Shown piece by piece: positions 9,378 to 18,820 of a stretch of 64,000 nucleotides of DNA. The position numbers and the translations under genes are program-made. Source of the DNA: an uncultured Gemmatimonadales bacterium (GTDB lineage: Bacteria > Gemmatimonadota > Gemmatimonadetes > Gemmatimonadales > GWC2-71-9); NCBI GenBank assembly GCA_963779755.1, contig CAVZZO010000001.1:96001-160000 (forward strand), in the 5' to 3' direction. The first letter of the stretch is position 1. Every line of letters starts with the position of its first letter. The notes beneath the pieces are model-generated. The model was not told where the DNA came from and searched no databases. It saw only the letters and a program-made list of their open reading frames with translations.

Positions 9378-10997
9378 ATGCTTCGCCGCTGGAGTGTTCT
9401 GGCGCTCGCGCTCCTCCCCGCCATCCTGCAGGCGCAGGGGCCTGCGGCCGCCACCCGGCTGGCCAACGCGGCGGACAGCAACGTCATGTGGGCCCACCTG
9501 CGTTTCCTCTCCAGCGACCTGCTGGAGGGGCGCGCCCCGGGCACGCGCGGCGGGGAAATTGCCGCGCACTATATCGCCGCCCAGTTCGAGCGGCTGGGCC
9601 TGGAGCCCGCCGGCGACAGCGGCACGTATTATCACCGGGTCCCGGTCATCTCCCTGACACCCACGCCGACCCTCGTGGCCGGCGGCGATACGCTGGGCTA
9701 TCGCCACGATTATGTGCTCTGGTCCATGCGCAATGACCCCCGGGTCCAGGTGTCGGGCAACATGGTGTTCGTCGGCTACGGCATCGTGGCGCCGGAGTAC
9801 GGGTGGAACGACTACCAGGGAGTGGACGTGAAGGGAAAGATCGTTCTCATGCTGGTGAACGATCCCGGTCTGCGCGACTCCTCTATTTTCCGGGGGAAGA
9901 TCCTCACCTATTACGGCCGCTGGACTTACAAGATCGAAGAAGCGGCGCGGCAGGGCGCCGCCGGCATCCTGCTGGTCCACACCACCGAGAGCGCCACCTA
10001 CCCCTGGAGCACCGTGACATCTTCCTGGACCGGGGCGCAGGTCCGCCTGGAGGAACCCGCCACCTCGCTGGTAGCAGCCGGGTGGCTTACCCGGGACGCG
10101 GCGGCCGCGCTGCTGCGGGGCGACGGCAAGGACCTGGACCAGCTGATGGACCAGGCCGGCCACCAAGGGTTCCGCCCCGTGCCGGTCAACGTGCAGGTGA
10201 GCGCAACGGTGCGCAGCGCCATCACCCGCACGGCCACCGAGAACGTGGTGGCGCGGTACCCCGGGCGCGGGCGGCATGCCGGCGATGCCGTCCTGATCGG
10301 CGGGCATTACGATCACCTGGGCATCCGTGGGCCCGTCAACGGCGATTCGATCTACAACGGAGCGGAAGACAATGCCTCCGGCACTGCGGCAGTGCTCACG
10401 GCCGCCGAGGCCGCGGTTCGCAGCGGGGTGCGGCTCCCCCGGTCGCTGGTCTTCATCGCGTTCGCGGCCGAGGAGTCGGGCCTGCTGGGCAGTGAGGCCT
10501 ACGCCGCCCGGCCCACGATTGCCCCCGCGCATCTCGCCGCCGCACTCAACGTGGACGTGATGAACCTCTACGGCCAGACCCGCGACATCTCGGCGCTGGG
10601 CCTGGACCAGAGCTCCCTGGGCGGCCTCTTCCGCCGGGCGGCGCGAGAGGAAGGCCTGCGAGTTACCGTAAACCAGAAAGCCCTGCTGCAGGGATCCTTC
10701 TTCCGTTCGGATCACTTCTCACTGGTCAAGATCGGCGTGCCGGCGCTTTCACTGGAAAGCGGACTGGACTATGTGGGCCGCCCCCGGGGCTGGGGCGAGG
10801 AACAGCACGAGAAGTACACGGCGGAGCGCTATCACCAGCCCGGCGATGAAATTCTGCCCTGGTTCACCACGGCCGGCGCGATGCAGCAGATCCGGGTGAT
10901 TCTGCGGACGGCCGCCCTGGTCGCCCAGCAACCCGGCCAGCCCAGCTGGAACGCGGGCTCGGAATTCCGCGCGGCCGGCGAGGCGCGGGTCCACTGA
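9378..10997 (+). CDS. M28 family aminopeptidase with PA domain
   Basis: Signal peptide; GGHYDHLG, GAEDNASG, AEESGLLGS, RSDHF and YHQPGD motifs. Confidence 0.92.
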   Translation: MLRRWSVLALALLPAILQAQGPAAATRLANAADSNVMWAHLRFLSSDLLEGRAPGTRGGEIAAHYIAAQFERLGLEPAGDSGTYYHRVPVISLTPTPTLVAGGDTLGYRHDYVLWSMRNDPRVQVSGNMVFVGYGIVAPEYGWNDYQGVDVKGKIVLMLVNDPGLRDSSIFRGKILTYYGRWTYKIEEAARQGAAGILLVHTTESATYPWSTVTSSWTGAQVRLEEPATSLVAAGWLTRDAAAALLRGDGKDLDQLMDQAGHQGFRPVPVNVQVSATVRSAITRTATENVVARYPGRGRHAGDAVLIGGHYDHLGIRGPVNGDSIYNGAEDNASGTAAVLTAAEAAVRSGVRLPRSLVFIAFAAEESGLLGSEAYAARPTIAPAHLAAALNVDVMNLYGQTRDISALGLDQSSLGGLFRRAAREEGLRVTVNQKALLQGSFFRSDHFSLVKIGVPALSLESGLDYVGRPRGWGEEQHEKYTAERYHQPGDEILPWFTTAGAMQQIRVILRTAALVAQQPGQPSWNAGSEFRAAGEARVH

Positions 10998-11035
10998 CGG
11001 GCACCGTCCCGGGGCGCGACCATCCCCGCCCCATC

Positions 11036-11971
11036 GTGGTGGTGAGCGAATGCCTCGAGTTGGCCGCCTGCCGCTATAACGCGCAGCGCATCCGGGCACC
11101 GCTCATCACGGCCCTGGCCCGTTGGGCCGAGCTGCGACCCATCTGCCCTGAGGTGGGGGTCGGCCTCGGCGTACCGCGCGATCCCGTCCGGCTGGTTCGC
11201 CGGGAAGAGCGGATGTACTTGATCCAGCCCAGCACGGGCCGGGACCTGACCACCGATATGGAGCGGTTCAGCTCCACATTTCTCGCCCGACAGGTGGATG
11301 CCGACGGTTTCATCCTGAAGAGCCGCTCGCCATCCTGCGGCATCAAAGACACCAAAGTCTATGCCGGCCCCGACGCCGAGCAGCCCGGGGGCCGGGGCAC
11401 GGGCCTGTTTGGGGAAGCCGTCCTGACGCGCTTCCCTCATGCCGCGGTAGAGGATGAGGGGCGACTCACCAATTTCCAGCTGCGCCACCACTTCCTGGTA
11501 AAGTTGTTCACCCGGGCGCGCTTTCGTGCGCTCCGCGCCGAGGGCGACGCCCGGCGACTGACCGAATTTCAGGCTCGCCACAAGCTGCAGTTCATGGCGC
11601 TGAACCAGGAGACCATGCGCGCCCTGGGCCGGGTGGCCGCCCGCGCGGGCTCCCGTCCTCCAGACGAACTGTTCCCGGAATACGAGGCCGCCCTGGCCCG
11701 CGCCCTGGCTGCCCCGGCCCGGCGCGGAGGGATCATCAACGTGCTGCAGCACGCATTCGGGTACTTCTCGGATGACCTGGGCGCGGCGGAGAAGCGCCAC
11801 TTCCTGCACCTCTTGGAGCAATTCAGGGAGCGACAAATCACGCTGGCCGCCCCCCTCGCCCTGCTCCAGTCCTGGACCCATCGCTTTGGCCAGACCTATC
11901 TGGCCGCCCAGACCTTCCTTGAGCCCTACCCTCAACCCCTCATGGATCTTCACGATACAGGAAAGGACTGA
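11036..11971 (+). CDS. DUF523 + DUF1722 (YbgA-like) protein; start may be CTG 10994
   Basis: VSECL..CRYN, CPEVGVGLGVPR, KSRSPSCG, EDEGRL, NVLQHAFGYFS and QTFLEPYP motifs. Confidence 0.88.
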   Translation: MVVSECLELAACRYNAQRIRAPLITALARWAELRPICPEVGVGLGVPRDPVRLVRREERMYLIQPSTGRDLTTDMERFSSTFLARQVDADGFILKSRSPSCGIKDTKVYAGPDAEQPGGRGTGLFGEAVLTRFPHAAVEDEGRLTNFQLRHHFLVKLFTRARFRALRAEGDARRLTEFQARHKLQFMALNQETMRALGRVAARAGSRPPDELFPEYEAALARALAAPARRGGIINVLQHAFGYFSDDLGAAEKRHFLHLLEQFRERQITLAAPLALLQSWTHRFGQTYLAAQTFLEPYPQPLMDLHDTGKD

Positions 11972-12118
11972 CAGAAGGTTCCATTGTGCAACAAAAAGGG
12001 CAGGTTCAATATGAAAAGTGTCTGAAACAGGCGCTTTCCTCTGGTTGGCGCGCCCCGCCCGGTGTATGTTTGCCGCCATTCAAGCTGCCACAAATCCGGA
12101 CACCTTCCAGGAGCGATT

Positions 12119-13225
12119 CTGGACCTCCCCAACGCTCACCGGATTCCCCTGACTTGGCTGTTGCAGCATACAGGGGCCTCCATCCGGTATCGGACGCTGG
12201 CAGAACTGGCGCCACCGGGCTATGTCGGGCCGGAGGATGTCGAGGCCGCCCATGCGGCAGTGGTGGAGTTCAAACCGGCAGCAACGGTGGCCAAGAAGCA
12301 GAGAGACAACGGTGTGTGGTCGGGCAATCTGCTCGGCTTGGCCCCAGCAGCTGCACAGGGTATCAAAGATGTCGGGACGGTGGCGCAATACCGGCGCCTT
12401 CTCCAGTTAGGCTATCCGCACGAGTCCCGGCCCTTCAAGCTTAGTGACCGTCTCCTGTTCCGGCTGCTCAGCCGGGATGAGAGCCCCGAGTTGCTGTTCG
12501 AGTATCAGAAGCTGGTCAAGGGGGAGCCCCTGGCGGGCGAATGGGTGCGGAGTCTGACGCGCGAGGCGGCGACCGCCGCGCTGGCCGAGTCGGGGCACCT
12601 GGAAGACCCGCGGGTGCGGGGCTCCGCGCACCGGGTCGCCAGCACGGTATCCCATTTCCTGCGCAGCCCCATGGCGGAGAAGCCGTTCATCCGCTCCGGC
12701 AGCCAGACCGTACTGCACCCGGAGGCAACCCCGCCGAGCTGGTATTCGGTGGCGATGATCGCGGCAATGCCTAACCTGCAGCGGGAGCGGGCAGGATTCA
12801 CCGAGCGGCTGGGGCACTACCTGGCCCAACCGGCGCCCAAAAAGACCTACGCCGTGAAGCTGGGGAAGCGCTCGGTCAAACCGCAGTACCTGCTGCTGGG
12901 CGACCCCATCGAGGCCGATTCCAGGGGCCAGGCGAAGGACATTCCCCTGGCCCTGCTTTTCATCGAGCTGCTCGCCCGGCTGGGTGCCCTGCACACTGCT
13001 CCGGTCGCGACCCGGGTCCTCGCGCGGCTGCTCAAGGATTGCGACGACCAGGGCGTCTGGCATCCGAAGAACCTGCGCTCCCAGCCCAAGGTCACCAACA
13101 AGGCCGCCTATCATTACTGGCCGCTGGAGCCAGACAGCAAACAGGTCGAGTCCAAGCAGGCCGATGTCACCTTCCGGCTGGCCCTGATCGCGAAGCTGCT
13201 GGGCTGGGAAGTGAGCTATAGCTAG
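12119..13225 (+). CDS. Hypothetical protein with QW-like (alpha/alpha barrel) motifs; start uncertain (GTG 12062 or CTG 12119)
   Basis: Long ORF with host-like codon use; QRDNGVW and DDQGVW; AGGAG 5 nt before in-frame CTG 12119. Confidence 0.7.
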   Translation: MDLPNAHRIPLTWLLQHTGASIRYRTLAELAPPGYVGPEDVEAAHAAVVEFKPAATVAKKQRDNGVWSGNLLGLAPAAAQGIKDVGTVAQYRRLLQLGYPHESRPFKLSDRLLFRLLSRDESPELLFEYQKLVKGEPLAGEWVRSLTREAATAALAESGHLEDPRVRGSAHRVASTVSHFLRSPMAEKPFIRSGSQTVLHPEATPPSWYSVAMIAAMPNLQRERAGFTERLGHYLAQPAPKKTYAVKLGKRSVKPQYLLLGDPIEADSRGQAKDIPLALLFIELLARLGALHTAPVATRVLARLLKDCDDQGVWHPKNLRSQPKVTNKAAYHYWPLEPDSKQVESKQADVTFRLALIAKLLGWEVSYS

Positions 13226-13297
13226 GGCGGCGAGCGGCAGGGCTTTACCATCTGATTGCCCAGTCTCTGACCTGACCACCCTCTTGCGGCAGCGCAG

Positions 13298-13314
13298 GTA
13301 GTTTCCAATACTAC
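13298..13314. promoter_or_regulatory. Inverted repeat GTAGT-N7-ACTAC, putative operator of the TrmB gene
   Basis: Perfect 5-bp arms ending 3 nt before GTG 13318 and overlapping a TTGCGG-N17-AATACT promoter-like element. Confidence 0.5.
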
Positions 13315-13317
13315 TAC

Positions 13318-14004
13318 GTGCCTTCCCCAGACCTTACGCCGTTCGGGTTCACCCCCACGGAAAGCCGGATGTACGAGGTGCTCCTGCTGCAGGGGCCCGG
13401 GACAGGCTATGCCGTGGCCCGGCGGGCGAATCTGGCGCGAGCCAATGCCTACGCAGCGCTGGAGGGGCTGGTCACCAAGGGAGCGGCCAGGCGGGACGAG
13501 GGCCGAGCGGCGCAGTACCGGGCCGAGCCGCCCGGCGTGCTGCTGGCTCGGGTGACCCAGCGGCAGAGCAGCGCATTGGAGCAGTTGCGGGACGCGCTGG
13601 CGGACGCGGGCACCCGGGAATCGCCGGCGGTAGTAGAGGTCAGATCGCCCCGGGGGGCGCTGCAGCTTCTTTCCCATGACATCGCGCGGGCCGGCCGCAG
13701 CGTCCATCTGCTGGCGCCGGCGGATGCTTTTCCGCTGCTGGCCCCGGTCCTCCGTCGGGCGGTTGCCCAGTCGCTGGAGCTGCGGCTCCTCGCTCCGTCG
13801 CCGGTGGCAATCGATTTCGTTTCTGTGGCGGTGCCGGCCGTCTCGCCCGGCTGGCCTGGCGAGCCGCTCCTGTCCATCGTGGATGACGCCATCGCCCTGA
13901 TAGCGGCCCGCCAGGAGGCCCGGGTCGCGGGACACTGGACCACCGCGCCGGTTCTGGTGGCGGCGGCCCGCCGCGCGTTCGACCAATGGGGGGCCCATCC
14001 ATGA
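13318..14004 (+). CDS. TrmB family transcriptional regulator
   Basis: FGFTPTESRMYEVLL...TGYAVARRANLARANAYAALEGLVTKG winged HTH followed by an effector-domain-like C-terminus. Confidence 0.85.
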   Translation: MPSPDLTPFGFTPTESRMYEVLLLQGPGTGYAVARRANLARANAYAALEGLVTKGAARRDEGRAAQYRAEPPGVLLARVTQRQSSALEQLRDALADAGTRESPAVVEVRSPRGALQLLSHDIARAGRSVHLLAPADAFPLLAPVLRRAVAQSLELRLLAPSPVAIDFVSVAVPAVSPGWPGEPLLSIVDDAIALIAARQEARVAGHWTTAPVLVAAARRAFDQWGAHP

Positions 14005-15629
14005 ACTCCGAACTGGACCAGGCGCTGGAGACGCTCCGGCGCGAATACCTGGCGGAGGCGCCCGCCCGGCTGGGCGAGCTACGCAAGGACATTTCGGCCT
14101 TTCTCGCCGGCGAGCAGGATGCCTCTGCGTCGCTGCTCACCCGCTTCCACCGGCTGGCCGGCTCGGGCGGCAGCTACGGGTTTCCCGAGGTCAGCAGGAT
14201 GGCGCGCGAGGCGGAGCAATGGCTCCGCGCAGGCCAGACGCCCGGTCTCGAGGCGTCGCGCCATCTGGATGAGATCGTCGCCCGGATTGCGGAGGCCTTT
14301 GATCGCGCCGGCACGCGGCTCGACCCGGCGCAGGAGCCGCTGCCGCCCACTGAGTTCGGCTGGTGCGCCCGTGTGGTTGCCGGTACCAACGAGTTGCGCA
14401 GCGCCATGGCGGACGCCCTGCGCAGCGTGGGCTATGAGGTGCAGGCCGGCTCGGATCAGGAAGAGGCGAGCGTGGTCCCGGTATCGGAGACGCCCGATTT
14501 CGTGGTGATCTCGGCCGACGAGCGTACCGCCGACCCCTATGCGCTGGCCGCCGCCTGGTCGGGTCGGCGGACGCTGCGGCCCCGGAGCATCGTGATGGTG
14601 GACCCGCAGGGCGGCCTCGATCCCTACCGGTTGGTGGCGGCGGGGGTGGACGCGGTGATCCGGGCGGACCGGATCGCGCAGGAGCTGCCCGAATACGCCA
14701 AGATGCTGGCGCGCGTGGGCACGCCACCCCCCAGCGTGCTGCTGGTGGGACCGGAGCGGGGAGGCGAGAATATCGTGGGCTGGCTTCGGCATGCCAACTT
14801 CCGGGTTACGCACACCACGCAATCGCTGGAAGTCCCCGAGCTGCTGGCGCGCTATCTACCCGACCTGGTGCTGCTCGACGGCCCCGGCCTGGAACCCGAT
14901 CCGCTCACGCTCACCCGCATGATCCGGCAGGATCCCCGCTTCAGCCTGCTGCCCATCATTCTCCTCTCGGAGCGCGACACTCCCCAGGACCGGGTGCGGG
15001 CGTTGCGCGCGGGGGCGGACCATTTTGTCGGCCGCCCGCCGGATCGCGCGCTGCTGATCCAGCTGGTGACCACGCGGGCCAGCCGGGGGCGGCAGATCCG
15101 CGAGCTGGTGCATCGCGACGGCTTGACCGGCCTGCTGAACCATGCCACCCTGCGAGCGGAGCTGGACCACGCCCTGGAGTACGCCCGCCGGCACCAGGAG
15201 CAGGTGGCGTTTCTCATGATCGACGTGGACCACTTCAAGCGGGTGAACGACACCCACGGTCATCTGGCCGGCGACCAGGTCCTGCGGCACATTGCCCGGG
15301 TCTTCCAGGCCACCGTCCGCGCCAGCGACATCGTCGGCCGGTACGGCGGCGAGGAGTTCGGCATGATCCTGCGCCGGACCACGGCGGAGGGGGCAGCCAT
15401 TCTGGGACGCAAGCTACTCGAGGCGCTGGCCTCCTCGCCGGCAACGACCGGCGACGGGCTCATCATTCCCGTGCGGGTGAGCGTGGGGGTGTCGGCCTTT
15501 CCCGATGACGGCGACACGGCGAACGCGCTCACCGCCGCCGCCGACCGGGCGCTCTACGGCGCCAAATCGAGCGGCCGCGACCGCGTAAGCCTGGCACATG
15601 GCATCGACACCAGGGAGCTGACCTCATGA
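14001..15629 (+). CDS. Hpt-REC-REC-GGDEF diguanylate cyclase response regulator
   Basis: [13 protein letters not shown] (Hpt); PDLVLLD and GADHF (REC); [23 protein letters not shown]-site and GGEEF. Confidence 0.92.
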   Translation: MNSELDQALETLRREYLAEAPARLGELRKDISAFLAGEQDASASLLTRFHRLAGSGGSYGFPEVSRMAREAEQWLRAGQTPGLEASRHLDEIVARIAEAFDRAGTRLDPAQEPLPPTEFGWCARVVAGTNELRSAMADALRSVGYEVQAGSDQEEASVVPVSETPDFVVISADERTADPYALAAAWSGRRTLRPRSIVMVDPQGGLDPYRLVAAGVDAVIRADRIAQELPEYAKMLARVGTPPPSVLLVGPERGGENIVGWLRHANFRVTHTTQSLEVPELLARYLPDLVLLDGPGLEPDPLTLTRMIRQDPRFSLLPIILLSERDTPQDRVRALRAGADHFVGRPPDRALLIQLVTTRASRGRQIRELVHRDGLTGLLNHATLRAELDHALEYARRHQEQVAFLMIDVDHFKRVNDTHGHLAGDQVLRHIARVFQATVRASDIVGRYGGEEFGMILRRTTAEGAAILGRKLLEALASSPATTGDGLIIPVRVSVGVSAFPDDGDTANALTAAADRALYGAKSSGRDRVSLAHGIDTRELTS

Positions 15630-15835
15630 CTGATCACGTTTACAAGACCGTCGAGCTGGTAGGCTCGTCGCGCGCGGGGCTGCAGGACGCCATTACCAAC
15701 GCCATCAACCGGGCCTCCCAGACCGTACGCAACATGCGCTGGTTTGAAGTGAAGGATACCCGGGGGCACATCGAGGACGGCTCCGTCTCCCACTGGCAGG
15801 TGACGGTGAAGATCGGGTTTACGCTGGAAGACTGA
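15626..15835 (+). CDS. Dodecin (flavin-binding)
   Basis: [12 protein letters not shown]...WFEV...RGHI...[10 protein letters not shown], 69 aa. Confidence 0.93.
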   Translation: MTDHVYKTVELVGSSRAGLQDAITNAINRASQTVRNMRWFEVKDTRGHIEDGSVSHWQVTVKIGFTLED

Positions 15836-15839
15836 ACGG

Positions 15840-15900
15840 CAGGAATGGAGGATTCAGGATTCGGGAGTGAGAGGCCCTGAATCCTGAATCCTCATTCCTG
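15840..15900. terminator. Long hairpin built from GGATTCA-type heptamers between the convergent dodecin and lon genes
   Basis: GAGGATTCAGGATTC (15848-15862) pairs with GAATCCTGAATCCTC (15879-15893), with an outer CAGGAAT/ATTCCTG stem. Confidence 0.65.
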
Positions 15901-15904
15901 AGTC

Positions 15905-18439
15905 CTAGTGGTACCCTACGCTCAACGGCGCCACGTCCCGGGGATTTTCGTCGCCGAAGAGCAGCCGGCCTTCGCGGAAGGAGGCGCCGGTGAGGGCCAG
16001 GGCCAGGACTTCGCCCAGTTCCTGCACCAGGTGGACCTCAAGAGTCTGGCGCACTTCCTTGGGCAGGTCGTCCAGATCGGCCTCGTTCTCCTTCGGGAGG
16101 ATGACCCGGCGGATGCCGGCGCGCACCGCTCCCAGGACCTTTTCCTTGACCCCGCCGATCGGCATGACCCGGCCCCGGAGCGTGATCTCGCCGGTCATGG
16201 CGATATCGTGGCGCACCGGCCGGCCCGACAGGGCCGAGACCAGCGCGGTGGCCATGCCCACCCCGGCGGACGGCCCTTCCTTGGGGATGGAGCCCGCCGG
16301 CACATGGATGTGCAGGTCGCGTTCGAAGGCCTCTTCCTTGATGTGCAAGGCCGCGGCATGGGAGCGGGCGTAGGTCCAGGCCGCCCGGGCCGACTCCTTC
16401 ATGACGTCGCCCAACTGGCCGGTGAGAACCAACTCGCCCTTGCCCCGCATGGTACTGGCTTCAACGAACATGATGTCGCCGCCGGTGGGCGTGTAGTACA
16501 TGCCGGTGGCGACCCCTACCTGATCTTCCCGGGCCGCCTGCTCCGGGTGCACCCGCGGGCGCCCCAGCAGCTCGCCCACCATGGCGCGGTCTACCGTCAC
16601 CTGCTGGATCTCCTTGGCCGCGATACGCCGGGCGACCTTGCGGGCCAGCTTGCCCAGCTGGCGCTCCAGCTGCCGCACACCCGATTCCCGGGTATAGCGC
16701 TGGATCACCTCGAGCATCGCTTCGTCGCGGATGGCGAGCTGCTCGGTGGTGAGCCCGTTCTCCACCAGCTGCCGGGGCAGCAGATAGGTGCGGGCGATCG
16801 CCAGCTTCTCCTGTTCGGTGTAGCCCGAGAACTCCACCACTTCCATCCGGTCCAGCAGCGGGCCGGGGATGTTCTGGATGAAGTTGGCGGTACAGACGAA
16901 CAGCACTTCGCTCAGGTCGAACGGCACACCGAGGTAATGGTCGGTGAAGCTGTCGTTCTGCGCCGGGTCGAGCACCTCGAGCAGGGCCGACGCGGGATCG
17001 CCCTGAAAGGAGACGCCGAGCTTATCGACCTCGTCCAGCAGAAACACGGGGTTCTTGGTGCCGGCCTGTTTCATCCCCTGGATGATGCGACCCGGCATGG
17101 CACCCACGTAGGTGCGGCGGTGGCCCCGGATATCGGCCTCGTCGCGGGCGCCACCCAGCGAAATTCGAACGTACTTGCGGCCCATCGCCCGGGCCACGCT
17201 CTTGGCGATCGAGGTCTTGCCGACACCGGGCGGCCCGACGAAGAGCAGGATCGGCCCCTTGGCAACCTTGTCGTCTTCATTGCCCCGGACCTGCGACGGA
17301 TCGGGCGGCAGGTTGCTGGCGGGCACCTCGGCGGTCGCGACCGCGGGCGTCTCCGGCTGTGCCGCGTTCTGATCGGCCGCGCCGGCGGCTTCCCGGTGGT
17401 CCTTTGCCGCCTGCTCCCGCAGCTGCCGCACGGCCAGGAACTCCAGCACCCGGTCTTTCACGTCCTGCAGGCCGTAATGGTCTTCCTCGAGGATCTGCTG
17501 CGCCTGCGGGATGTCGAGGTGATCCTCGCTCCGGATGTTCCAGGGCAGTTCCGCGATGTTTTCCAGGTAGGTCCGGATGACCTGCGATTCCATGGACTCG
17601 CGCCCGATCCGGGACAGCCGGTTCAGCTCGCGATCGACCTCCTTCCGGGCGTCGGCCGGCAGCTCCAGGCCCTCGAGCTTCTGCCGCAGCTCCTCCAGAT
17701 CGTCGTTCTCCTCATCCTCGCCCAGCTCGCGCCGAATGGTCTTGAGTTGCTCGCGCAGGACCATCTCCCGCTGTCGCTCGCCCAGCTCCTCCTGCACCTG
17801 CGACTTGATGTCCTCCTGGGCATCGAGCACGCTGATCTGCCGCTGCACGTGCACCAGCACCCGCCGCAGCCGGTCTTCCACCGAGACCGTCTCCAGCAGC
17901 GTCTGGCGCTGCGACGGGCTGATGTCGATATAACCGGCAATGAGATCGGCGAAGCGGCCCGGCTCGGTTACCCCGGAGAGAACCTGCTGGACGACCTCCT
18001 CCGGCAGCCCGGACTTCTGGCCCAGCTCGGCGGCCCGGGTCCGCACCTCGCGATAGAGCGCCACGAAGCTGGGGTCCTCGGGATTAAGGGGCAGCAACTC
18101 TTCGGCATCGCGCACGATGGTCTGGAGATAGCCGTCCTTTTCGCTGTAGTGCATGGCCACGCCGCGCCGCTCGCCGTGAATGAGCAGCTGCATGCCGGCC
18201 AGGCCCCGCTGCATCTGGCCGATGCGCGCGATGGTCCCCATGGTGTAGAGCACGTCCGGCGTAACCGTCTCCACGTTCTGCCGCTGCGACACCGCGAAAA
18301 TCAGCTTGTCGGGTGTGGCCAGCGCGGCCTCAATGGCCCGGAGGGTCCCCGGCCTCCCCGCCCCGATCGGTGCGGTCACTCCGGGAAACAGCACTACTTC
18401 CCTGAGCGGCAGCACCGGCAATGTCATACGTTCACTCAT
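15905..18439 (-). CDS. lon: ATP-dependent Lon protease (LonA type)
   Basis: LPVLPLR N-domain, [37 protein letters not shown] and GGVKEK. Confidence 0.97.
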   Translation of the reverse strand: MSERMTLPVLPLREVVLFPGVTAPIGAGRPGTLRAIEAALATPDKLIFAVSQRQNVETVTPDVLYTMGTIARIGQMQRGLAGMQLLIHGERRGVAMHYSEKDGYLQTIVRDAEELLPLNPEDPSFVALYREVRTRAAELGQKSGLPEEVVQQVLSGVTEPGRFADLIAGYIDISPSQRQTLLETVSVEDRLRRVLVHVQRQISVLDAQEDIKSQVQEELGERQREMVLREQLKTIRRELGEDEENDDLEELRQKLEGLELPADARKEVDRELNRLSRIGRESMESQVIRTYLENIAELPWNIRSEDHLDIPQAQQILEEDHYGLQDVKDRVLEFLAVRQLREQAAKDHREAAGAADQNAAQPETPAVATAEVPASNLPPDPSQVRGNEDDKVAKGPILLFVGPPGVGKTSIAKSVARAMGRKYVRISLGGARDEADIRGHRRTYVGAMPGRIIQGMKQAGTKNPVFLLDEVDKLGVSFQGDPASALLEVLDPAQNDSFTDHYLGVPFDLSEVLFVCTANFIQNIPGPLLDRMEVVEFSGYTEQEKLAIARTYLLPRQLVENGLTTEQLAIRDEAMLEVIQRYTRESGVRQLERQLGKLARKVARRIAAKEIQQVTVDRAMVGELLGRPRVHPEQAAREDQVGVATGMYYTPTGGDIMFVEASTMRGKGELVLTGQLGDVMKESARAAWTYARSHAAALHIKEEAFERDLHIHVPAGSIPKEGPSAGVGMATALVSALSGRPVRHDIAMTGEITLRGRVMPIGGVKEKVLGAVRAGIRRVILPKENEADLDDLPKEVRQTLEVHLVQELGEVLALALTGASFREGRLLFGDENPRDVAPLSVGYH

Positions 18440-18499
18440 CTATGTTCCTCCCCCTGCAGGGGAAAAATGACAGCCTGAACTCCTGAGGACCCCAAGTAA

Positions 18500-18515
18500 A
18501 GCAGCCATCGTGCCA
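18500..18515 (-). promoter_or_regulatory. Putative sigma54 (-24/-12) promoter of lon
   Basis: Minus strand reads TGGCACG-ATGG-CTGCT versus consensus TGGCACG-N4-TTGCW; an AT-rich tract lies just upstream. Confidence 0.55.
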
Positions 18516-18820
18516 CCCAGTGTCATCGCCGTAACGTGTTGTGCAATAAACAGTTGCAGTATAACGCCCGGGTCAGGACCCACCGCCGTCAGCATCCGGA
18601 CGGGAACTGGTCCGGCCGAATCCGCCGGTCCGGAGAATACGTCTGCCAATATGGCCCCTGATGCCGGAGCGGAAGTGTGACGGACGTCCGATTGTACGGT
18701 ATTTTGGAGCACCGGCCGGGTGCGACGGGACGGTGAGCGGCGCTCCCTGAGGGGAAAGGGGACGTGGTTGCCGTAGGGTGCGCAAGCTGCTAAATCTATA
18801 CCCGTGACCCGGATACCGCG

